NCBI GenBank assembly: GCA_977017575.1
Contig: CDRNVI010000143.1
Location: 1-64,000, forward strand
Direction: 5' to 3'
Length of the DNA stretch: 64,000 bases
From: Paramoeba atlantica
Lineage: Eukaryota; Protista; Discosea
Below the pieces are notes generated by a model. The model saw nothing but the letters and a program-made list of their open reading frames with translations. It did not search any database and was not told the origin of the DNA. Of this stretch, positions 37,433 through 48,069 are shown piece after piece. Each line of letters begins with the position of its first letter. Positions within the stretch are counted from its first letter, which is position 1. The position numbers and the translations under genes were made by a program.

Positions 37433-40416
37433 GTCAAATTGTTGTTGTTGTCGCTTCAGGTTTTCAACCAAAGAATCGCTTCTCTTTTGGTTAAACCATC
37501 AAAACCACCACCACCACCACCACCACCACCACCACCACTCGCCAGAACACCAACACAACCCCTTACTACACATCAATTCCCATCATCTCAAATAAAGGAA
37601 GAAGACACTGGAGCATATTGTTTTGTTGTCTTATCCGATTGCCCAACCTTCGAAAATACTGTTTCATCTGAAGATTGTCCCATTGAAAGATCCCAATTTC
37701 CTCCTTTTGTTCGAATTCAATAAATATCTCTTCAACATTGAAACTGAAAGTTCACCCAAAACCCCAAATATGCTTTTCCTTCAAAAAGAACTGAAATCAA
37801 AACCTCGCAGTAATGTACTTTTATAAGGTGATGAATTTAACCAAGGTTCAATAATTCCACCACCACCACCACCAAACAACAACCCGCCATGATCCTTATT
37901 CTTACTATCGCCATCACAACAACTCCTACTGCTGTTTCTGTTGCCCGCCATTGCTGCTGCCACCACCACCACCACCATCATTTCGATCATGGTGATGAGA
38001 AAAAAAAAGGCATCATCTCATTGAAGTTCAAAAAAGGTTTGAGGAATGAAGGAATACAAGAACCAACAGCTGAATTATCGAGAGCCCCGAAGCCGTTTCC
38101 GTCGAGATGATTGACTTTCCTTTAATGAATAATCTGTAATCCCACCACCACCACCCATTCTCAACAGAATTTGTTGTTCTCAACATATAAGGTAAAAACA
38201 TGTCTTTTTCGCTCGGATTCATATTCAACATCAAACGAAGAGAGGAGACAGAGATGTTTCCTTCTCTCCTTCCTCCAGCAGCAGCAGCAGCAGCAGAGGA
38301 GTACTAGCAGCAGCTTTCTCCTCCTCCGTTTCCGTCGTTGTTGTTGTGTGTTGTTGTTGTTGTTGTTGATGAGTTGTCAACGTTGTGTTGTTCTTTGTGG
38401 TTGTCTCAAGAAGAGAAGATGTTCAAAAAAATTCAAAAAAAACCTTTTCGAAAAAAGGTTATCATTGTCCTCTCTCTCGCACCACACCCTTAGTCTTTCC
38501 ATGTGTACCTCTAAAAAAAGAAAACAAGAAAACAAGAAAAAACAAAAATGTTTTTCTTCTTTTCAAAAAAAAATAAATTAATTTTTCACAATAAAAAGAA
38601 TTCTTTGAAACAAAAAAAGAAAAAACCTTTTTTTGAGCTTAAACCCTCTCTCCTCAATATGTTATTCAAACATCAGAAGAAGAGAGAGAAAGAAACACAA
38701 CTTTTGAACCCCCCTCTCTCTCTCCGCCCCCCTCCCTTCTTCTCTTGACTTTCATTTGTTTTGAGACTCAAAATGAGAGAAAAGAAAAAATAAATTGAGT
38801 ATTCAACTTAATCTTTTCTTTTTTTTTCTCTTTGTTATATTCAACTCTGCTGTTATATTATCGTTGTTGCCTCTTCCTTTAAAAAAAGAAAGAAAGAAAA
38901 AGTAATGTTGAATTAGTGTTTTGAAGGATAAAATGAAAAAAATATTATCTTGTTGTTTTAAATTAAAAAAAAAAAAAAAGAAAACAAAAAACCTTCTTGA
39001 AACCTCTTTCTCTTTCTTTCTCTTCTCTTGAGTCTCTTTCGCTCTTCCCCCCCCCCCGAAACCCTAAATCTCTTTGGATGCCGTCGATTGATTCTCTTCA
39101 ATAAATCACTAATTACATAAGTTATTAAAAAATATCTCTCTTCTTTCATAATATCAAATTAGAACAAACCAGCAAAAAGAAACGATTTATCACTGCTGGA
39201 AAAGCTTGATGTTCGCTCTCTCAACAAACAATAACAACAACAACAACACATGCATCAATTTTGTGTGAGATGATCTTTCCTCATCTTTCTTTTCCCCCCC
39301 CTTTCTTTCGTGGTTTGCCATCATAACACATCTTCTCCCTCTCTTTCCCTCTCTTTCCCTCTTCATATACTCACAAGACCAAACATTGACAACACAACAA
39401 AAGGATCACTGGAACAACCCAAAACCCAAACCCTCTTTTCATTCCAAAAACAAAAACAAAAACAAAAAAAATCGGTGTCCCGAATTAAAAGACACCTTTT
39501 CAAATTGTTCATTTTTTTTTTATCAAAGAATATTTTTATTTGTTTCAAAAATAAATATCTTGTTCAAAAGAAACCCAAAAGAAACCCAAACACCCAACAA
39601 GATAAAATATGTGTTCATCAAACAATAGAAATCAAGAAGAGAAAATCCTCAAAGTCAAGCGTACAGTATAATATGACCACGAAATTCATGCGATTTTTGA
39701 GCGGAGTCCACAATTAAGCAGCACCTCTCACAAGAATTCCTTTTTCACAACTCAACTTGAAGTTTTTGAATAACAATTGTTTTTGTTTGAATAAACAAAC
39801 AAATAAACAAAAAATCAAAAACTGTAAGCTTTCATTGAATATTCACTTTGGGTTAAAATTCATTACAGGGTAGTATTCTGTTGCCTGCCATTGACTTTTC
39901 CAGAAACAAAAAGTCTGAAAAGGTGAAGAAAGACTTTCTGCAACGCGGAGTTTTTTCGAGTTGATGAAAGAAATGAAAGACAAACAAATATTTTTTTTCA
40001 CAGCCCTGATTTAATTAGCCCCCATTCTTGCCAGTTCTGTGACATCATTTTCGGGGAATGAGAAAACAGGAATGGGGTGCATTTGTTTTCACTAGCTTGA
40101 AGAGATGGATCATATCCCTTTCAAAGCTCTTTAAAAAAAAAGCTTCTGTGCTAATCTTTTGGAGCTCTTTTTCAAACCCAAAATTCGAAACACTTTTTCG
40201 ACAACGGCGACAAAAAAATCGAACAAAAAATCTGGGGGGTTTCATTTGAGAAGAATTGGAGAGGAGTTTACGCGCGGAAAAGGAACGATTTTTGGCTCGG
40301 GGTTGTTCTTTTCTCTGGAAACCACAGGCCTGAACATTTCTAGGAGAGGTTGGAAGCGCTTTAGATCCACGGGGTGGACTGAAGTTGTGGAAAACTTATC
40401 CTAAAAAGTAAGGAGG

Positions 40417-41487
40417 ATGGAAAGAGAAAAAAAAAACCCTTCCCCCCCCCCAAACAAACGAAGAAAGCTTTTGGAAGAACTCCCTAATGAAAAGCTCCTC
40501 TGCCCAAAACCTGGCAACACAAGAGGCCAAGGACTGAGCGACGAACCGCAACGTGACCTTCCGGCAACCTCAAAGGAATCGATCTCACCAAATGTCTCTG
40601 ACAACACGAACCCCCCCCCCAAGAACGAAGAGAAAAAAAAGAACAAGAAATCGAGGTTTTGCATGGATAGAATTCCATTGACCTTAACCAAGAACCAGAT
40701 GCTTACCTGTGGGTCAGGAAAAAGGATAGATAAAAACACTTTTTTGGATGTAAACTGCGAGGGAAAGTCTTGCAGGGCACACTTTTTCAAGAAGTTCTTT
40801 TCGGAGGACGAAATGCTTCGTTTGAAAGATCGACTTCTTCAGTGCCCAAAACAATACTGGGAAAGAAAAACAGATAAGAGGGGGACAAGAAGATTTCTTT
40901 ATTCTGGCCACTGGAAGCATCGGTTTTACAACCTAGCCTTTGGGGCTGGAAAGGCTGGAAAATTGGAGCTCGAAAACCCGTTTTTGAAAAACATTTTGGT
41001 CGAGTTGGGGAAGAAGGTCTCTCGTGAAGCTTTGTCTCTGAAGAGGCCTGACGTTTATCTTCCCATTCAAGAAGCTGGCTTCGAAGAACAAGACTTTGGG
41101 ATGTTCCATTTGTTTATGTGTCCTGCCGGTCGATCTTTTATGCATACAGATGATAACAATTTTGTTTCTTGTATCTTCTCCATCAGTCTTGGGTCTGGAG
41201 ATGGGGACGGGCTTCATATGGGGGGATGCGGAGTGGACTTCAATTTGCGAGTGGGAGATCTTGTGATTGCAGACACCGATATTTTTTTTCACGGTTCTCC
41301 AAGCTACCAAGGAAATGAACACCCCAAAATTATTTCGGAAAATGACAGACTGGTGGGTCTCTTTATTCTCCATCGAAAGTTTATGATCATGAAGGGGGTT
41401 CCAGCTGATGATTTGGAGAGAGAACCCTATGAATTTCGAACCATTCCAAACCAAAACCAGAAAAAGAAGAAGGAAGTTGATATTTAA
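40417..41487 (+). CDS. TET/JBP-family 2-oxoglutarate/Fe(II) dioxygenase (intact, intronless, 356 aa)
   Basis: H243-T-D245 (FMHTDDNN), a jelly-roll segment GLHMGGCGVDFNLRVGDLVIAD, H292 (FFHGS) and R311 (DRLVGLFILH) match the HxD...H...R arrangement of TET/JBP enzymes such as Naegleria Tet. An upstream DKRGTRRFLYSGHW motif and an N-terminal NLS-like PPNKRRK are also present. Confidence 0.82.
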   Translation: MEREKKNPSPPPNKRRKLLEELPNEKLLCPKPGNTRGQGLSDEPQRDLPATSKESISPNVSDNTNPPPKNEEKKKNKKSRFCMDRIPLTLTKNQMLTCGSGKRIDKNTFLDVNCEGKSCRAHFFKKFFSEDEMLRLKDRLLQCPKQYWERKTDKRGTRRFLYSGHWKHRFYNLAFGAGKAGKLELENPFLKNILVELGKKVSREALSLKRPDVYLPIQEAGFEEQDFGMFHLFMCPAGRSFMHTDDNNFVSCIFSISLGSGDGDGLHMGGCGVDFNLRVGDLVIADTDIFFHGSPSYQGNEHPKIISENDRLVGLFILHRKFMIMKGVPADDLEREPYEFRTIPNQNQKKKKEVDI

Positions 41488-41720
41488 TAATTAAATTGTT
41501 TATTTTTTTTGTCATTAGCACTCAGTTGAGTCCTCTCTACGAAAATTTTTTCCCCCTTTCTCCACTCTTTTTTCTGAAAAACCAGTTTGATCTTTTGTAA
41601 ATATTATTCTTTTGCCAAAGGGTGTTCAGAATAAAAGGAGGAGGAGGGGAGAGGAGGGTGTAGACACAATAATAAAAATAGATTGCTCACAAAGGAAATT
41701 TGAGAAAACTTTTTGATTTA

Positions 41721-44700
41721 TCAACCTTTTGTTCCGCCCAACTTGGTTCTTTTTTTAGGAAGTGGTTTCTTGGTTTGTTTTTTTCTTTTGTTGCTCTGAG
41801 GGAAAGGCAAAAGTTCATTATCATAACAACAACAGGGTTCCATTTCATCTGAAGGATTCTCCCAAAAACTATGAGCATACAGGTAATAAAAAAGATGACG
41901 TCGAAAACCTTCACAATCGTCCAAGGTAAAATCCAATCCAAAGTTTTTGATCAGACAAAATCCGACAAAACAAACCATGACTCCACACTCTGTCATGTTC
42001 TTGGGGGGGGGGGGGTGAGGTGAGGTGGTGATCAAAGGGGGTTGTGTCAGAAAATATTAAAAACCAAAAAGATTAAACAACAAAAAAAAGGCAAGTTTTT
42101 TAACCTGACCCTGCTGTGGGGTTGTTGGTGAGCTATGAATAAATTCTGGGGGTTGTTCTTCTGGGGGTATTTCCTCTTAAAATCATTTAACAACAATACC
42201 TAAAAGATGAGAAGGGTAAAAAAAAAAAAAACTTAAGCTGAAAAGAAAGAAACAAAAAAATGAAAGAGAAAAGAACTGAAAGGTTCTTCGAATAAAAGGA
42301 ATTTTTGTGGTAGAGACTGTCATAACAATCAAGAACGACCCTTCTTTTCTGTTCACAAATATACCCTACAAGAAGGATCCAATGATTCTGGCTTACAAGA
42401 CAAGGCAGGTAAAACGTTTTATAATCCCAGATAACCACTTTCTATAAATTCAAAACAATTATTGGCAAGAAGATAGATATGGGGGAAAATTGAAAAACAA
42501 AAGAAAATAAAAAAAACTTACTTCCAAATAAGTTTGAGTTTGTTTTTGATACTGTTGTGTGTCATCTAACATAAAGGTGGGAAGTTCAACCAGTTCATCC
42601 TTCAGAGCATTTCCCTTTAGGAGAACTTGAAAGTAGAGACTGACTATCTGATAAAAAAAAGAAAAAGATAATCAGCAAAAGAGGGGGAGGGCTTGAGTGA
42701 AAAGGAAATTCAATAAAAGAAATATTTTCCTTTTGAACCTGTTCACTCAGTGGACTTGTTAAAATACTCTTAAAATCACTCGGGGAAATGGGGTATCCAC
42801 CGCTGAGGGTGGATACCCCAAAATAGAACTGTGTCTGCATTCCATAAGATTCCAAGTTTCTTTTTGGAATTTCAAGTTGTTTTTCAGTTGGAATAAATCT
42901 TTTCCAACGCTGTAGCTCGTGATCTTTAAAAATTAAAGTTTCAACTAATTGCTTGATATGCATTAACTCCTTCCTTCCTTTCTTTTCTAATGTAGTATTA
43001 TGTGGATCAGCCTTGAAACAAAGAAGAAAATAAAGTCAATTTTAAGAGAAAAACAAAAGTATGATGAACCAAACCAAACCCCCATTTCTTGAAAAACATC
43101 CTCTTTTGATGCCTTTAATTGAGATATCATCCCTTCATTATGAGTATGGCAAGAGGCACTCGGATATATTGAAATCTTGGAAGGGTATCCTTTTCCTTCC
43201 TTTTGATTCTCCCATTTTGCTGTCTCTGCATGTGTACTGGGTATAAAAGAGGGAGAGAATGAGGAGGAGGAGGAGGAGGAGGAGGATGAGAGAGAAGGAG
43301 AAAGAGAGAGAGAAGATGAATGAGAAGAAAAAGAAGAATGAGAAGAACGAAAATTTGAAGGAGAATGAGAAATAGAAGGAAAAGAAGGAAAAGAAGGAGA
43401 AGGGGACAATGAGGGAGCTGAAGGAAACAGAGAAGGAGGAGAAGAAAATGGAGAAGAAGAGAAAGAAGGAGAACAAAGAGAACTGAGAGGGGAAGAAAAA
43501 GAAAGAGAAGGGGAGAATGAGGGAGAAGGAGAAGGAGAAAATGGAGAAGGAGAAGAAGAAAATGGCGAAGAAGAAGAAGAAAATGGCAAAGAAGGAGAAG
43601 GAGAAAATGGAGAAGACAGAGAAGAAGGAGGAGAAGAAGAGAAAGAAGGAGACTGAAGAGAAAAAGAAAGAGAAGACAACTGATGAAAAGAAGGCAATAG
43701 GGGAGATGAGGAAAACAGAGAAGGAGAAGAAGAAGAAGGAAAACTTGCAAAAGGAGAAAGAACTGGCGAGTGTGAAAAACAGGGACTTGGAGAGAAAGAA
43801 GGAGGATGAGAATGAACTGGGAAAGGAATAAAAGAAGATGGAAAATTACTCATTTTTGGGGTTGATGATGGGGGAAAAAGAGTTGTGGAAGATTGGGAAA
43901 GAGAAAAGGGAGGGGAAGAAATGTGGATTGGAGGGGATGTGGTTTGGAAAGAAGGAGATGGAGAAGGAAAAGAAGAATGTGAACTTCCTGAGAGATGAGT
44001 GGAAGGAGAGAAATTACTTTGGGATGGGAGTGGAAAGGAAGAATGGGAAAAAGGAAATTGAGAGTTTTTTCCTGGTGATTGAGAAAGAGAAGAAGGGGAA
44101 GGGGAAGGGGAAGGGGAAGGGGAAGGGGAAGGGGAAGGGGAAGGGGAAGGGGAAGGGGAAGGGGAAGGGGAAGGGGAAGGGGAAGAGAGGTTAATTGGAG
44201 TGGTTTGGGAAGACATGTAGTGTGATGAAGGGTTGAGAGAGCGGGTGTTGTGACGATGAGAAGAGGATTGATAATTTGTTATTGGATCCAAAGTATCCTG
44301 AAGGGGCTGGCTACACAAAGAAGCATACTGATAAGCTGATTTGCAGGCAACAGAATTAGGTAGTTTTGTTCTTTTGAGGAGGGGGGGTTGCTTTGAAGAA
44401 CCAGAGGGAACAAGTTTTGAGGAGTGACCCTGATTTTGGTAGAAGGAAAGAATTATTAGAAATCTGCTTTTGAGTTTTCATATTTTATTTTTAAAAAAAA
44501 CAATTTGAAATTTTCAGAAAACAACAAATTTGGGGGAAAAAAGGGTCAACAAAAAATACCTCACGAATAAGTCGAGAAGGTTCATTTGCACTTATTTTGC
44601 TTGCTCTGTTTTCAAGTTTTTTCTCTGATCTCAATGCCTCACTTCGCTCCATCATCCCTTTGATCAAGGCATTCATTTGGATTGAAAAAGTTCCTTTCTC

Positions 44701-47700
44701 TTGACTGCTCACTCCTTGCCTACGTCTACCTCCAAATGGCTTTTGGGCCCAACAATGAGAACGAGCTGCAAGAATGGCTCCTTCAATTGCAAATCCTGCT
44801 CTTCGTGGAAGAGGGTATCTGTGTTGTGTATGTCAGAGGGGAGTGACTTTATTCTGTGTTGCAGAAAAACTGAAAATCAAAAAAGAAGAATGGATATTAT
44901 GAACCATCATTTTTAAAATTTTTCAACACCACAAAAATAATAAAGAAAAAACAAACCTCAATAACTCCCAATGAAGGTGATCATGGAGGGTATGTAAATA
45001 AGGAGCCCAATAAAGAGGGGAGAAATTACATTCGTTATATTTTCTTCCCCAAAGAAGGGAAGCCTTTCGGACAATATTGATCTCCTGGTGAGAGAGTTGA
45101 TATGGGGCTGAAGCCATTTGGAGAATGTCATAAGTCAACGTTAGAAACTCATATTCTGGTTCAAATGTGTTTCGTTCTGAATCTTCAATTAAAACATCGA
45201 TGATCGATAAATCAAAATCTGAATAACAAAAATCATGAAAAAACTTTTGAAATTTTTTTTTCTTAATAAAATTATTTGATCAAAAAAAGAGAGTTTTTGT
45301 TTGTTTGGAAAAAACAAGAAATAGTAAATCAACCTTTTGCATTCAACAAAGCTGCATTAAACGTCGAAAAAGGAAGGACTTCTGGTTCCTCTTGTTCATG
45401 TGAAATGCTTTTGACTTTTTCACTTTGGAGATTTGAATCCATCCATTCAGCTAATTTAATAAGATATTCATCATAAAGAAAATCAACAGCTCCTTTTCGG
45501 GCTAAAATAAATGATTTTTTTTGAAAACAAAAATATATTGTCAGTTGCAGAAAAATAAAGAGAGAGAATGTAATAATTAAGATATTCAAAAAAAAAAAAA
45601 AAGTATTTCAAAAAATATTATTCTTTTTTTATTATTCATAAAATTTTAAAAATAAAGAAGATATCAAAGAAAGAAGAGAAGAATAAACCAACCAGTTTTA
45701 TTGGGGAAACCCCTTAAAATCTTGATCCATTGAACGTAACTGGGTCTTACTTTTTTGATTCTCTCCCAAAGGTTGAATACCTTTTGTGATGGATCTGGAA
45801 TTTTCACTCCTCCAATGAAATAAAAAGCAATTCGAATCGTTAAATCATGAGGTGAATCTATTTTCTTTTTCAATGAGAATCTTATTCTTTTCAAAAGTAT
45901 TATTTTCAAAATATTCTTTTTTTAACTTACACGGAGAAACATCCATCACAAAAAGTTTAACAACATTTCTACAAGTCCCTTCAACAAAGTGGATCAAGTC
46001 CAAGTTGTGGTCCCATGGTTGCGATGGAGTGATTGGAGGATTTCTCATTCCCATTTGATTCATAAATTTTGCAAGACTGTTCTTGGATCCCTCCCAGCCC
46101 TGAACCAATTGAAAATCGCTTTTTTTTTGTTCTAAAGTCCACCATGTATGTTTTTGATCCAAGTTACCAACAAGATTAATTGCCAGTTCATCATCAGCCT
46201 CAGCAAAACTTTCAAAGATACTATAACCACCAAATTGATTATCCCAAAAGTGATGCTGACAAAAAAATATGGGCGGGGGGGTGGATGTTAGTAAAAACAA
46301 AATTATTTTTTTTAGTTGAAATTATTTTTTTTTTCTTAATTATTTTTGAAATTTTTCTTCTTTTATTTTCTTATTCATTTTTATGGAGTAAATTATTTTA
46401 ATAATTTTTTGGAAGAAGCTGCAAACCTTTGTATGATCATCCCAAAGCCCTCCATCATCCTTATCTCGAACAATGTTACAACGCCAACAAGGCCTTTTTG
46501 ATGTGTGATGAAACATTGATTTGCCACCATGACCAAAAAGAAGTGAAGAGCATAACATGTCATGTGTTTCAGTGAATGAAATTGTTCGTTCCTTGAAATC
46601 TGAACACTGAATCTTTTTCTAATAAAAATCACAAAAGAGCGCCAAGAGAAGAAAGAGAGAGGAGAGAGGGGAAAGAAAAAGTAGGTAAAAAAGAGAGGAA
46701 AATTAATGAAATTAATATCAAACGAAAAATTAAATTAATTTTTTTTAAAAAAAAAATTAAAAAAGTCAAAAATTAAATTAAATTAATATTAATATTAATA
46801 TTAATATTAAATTAAAAGCATTACAAAAAAATACTTACCTGGTAAATCATCTGATAAATCGGAGATATCTCTTCTTGAAAGGTTTTAAAGCTCTCTTTCA
46901 TTACAAAGACACCCAAACTTAAATTGAGGACTGCTCTCCAAGTTCGAGTTCCTTTTGCCCACCACTCTTCATCACCACGTATCAATTTCACAACAACTCC
47001 TTTGTTCCTTCGATCAAAAGAACCCCCATCAGCAGAAAAGATCATCTTCAGCTTTAAATTTTCCTCTGCATTAGCAACACCACCAATAGTCGCTTCTTCT
47101 TGGTGATTCATGTTGTTGTTCACCCGATCATATTCATCCCAAAGAGAATACTTGTTGCCCTCCCAATCATCATCAAACATTCTATTCACTTCACCCTCAA
47201 CATCATTCACTCTCCAACCATGGTCTGTTTTTTCCAAGGGAATCTGATCTTTTAGTTTTTGGAACCAATACTTGAACTGACAATCTGAAAATTCCCAACC
47301 CAGTTCAGAATTAAGACCTCGAATCTGATACCTAGTGAGACCCAATCTTAGAAACAATCTTCCAAAAAACTCTGCCTTTTCCTGTTTTTTCATACACCGA
47401 TATTTTTTTGATACTTCTTGCGCATCATTTGGGAGTCCAAAAAAGTTTCTAATCTGTTGTTTCTGAGAAAAACCACTCCTCCCCCTCCTTGCATTTCCAT
47501 CATCCAACTGAAAGAGTTTCTCTAAGACTTCAACAATCTGAGAAGTGTTGCAATCACTTAAAAGCTGAGCCAAGAAAGAGGTTGGATTTTCAAAACCAAG
47601 TGATCCCACAGCTTCATTCACCCAGTTGGTTCGGAGGAATTTCTCATCTGAGGAACTATGGTGATGGCAAGGAGCAGTCACAGGAGGAGTAAAAGTGGCG

Positions 47701-47999
47701 GTGGTGGTGGTGGTGGTAAAGGTACTGTTGGAAGCAGCAATGGGGAGTGTGGTGGTGGTGGTGGTGGTGGAAAAAGAAGAGGTGGTACCACCTCTTCTTC
47801 TAGTCTAAAAAACAGAAATTATTTTTCTTGCAGTGTCATCACTTAACTTGACTTGAAGAATAAAAAGACTCTTCTCTTTGCAAAAAAAAAAGACCTGTTC
47901 CTGTTGTCCTTGTTGTGGAAAAACTTGAGGAATCACTCCCATACCCATCATACTCTCAGCAGTTTGATCAACAGCAGCAGCAGCTCTTTCTAATTCCAA
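41721..47999 (-). CDS. RAG1/Transib/Chapaev-like DDE transposase fused via a Ser/Pro linker to a C-terminal Ulp1/SENP (C48) protease, ~1,550-1,600 aa
   Basis: Exons: 47999?-47895, 47804-46839, 46618-46427, 46255-45931, 45857-45693, 45501-45334, 45218-44957, 44818-44560, 44429-43080, 43011-42739, 42647-42522, 42441-42277, ~42199-42105, 41999-41721. All are GT-AG and phase-consistent except one ambiguous junction. Transposase motifs: FSADGG (D at 47028-30), SLGVFVMKESFKTFQEEISPI, ETHDML (D at 46559-61), PCWRC, DLIHFVEG, APYLHTLHDHL, FAIEGA. Protease motifs: SEQIVSLYF, LPCLVSQNHWILLV, YDSL, PQQGQNMTECGV. Confidence 0.78.
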
Positions 48000-48069
48000 A
48001 CACCAAATTCTTTCAGAATAGCAACACTTTCAAACCCACCAAAAAGAAAAAAGACAAACAGAAACTTTA

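Noticed and set aside
37424-40404. Additional genes between the ParB and TET/JBP genes
   Set aside because: Protein-like stretches exist (37.5-38.3 and 40.0-40.4 kb), but every frame examined is interrupted and no motif or consistent exon chain could be supported.
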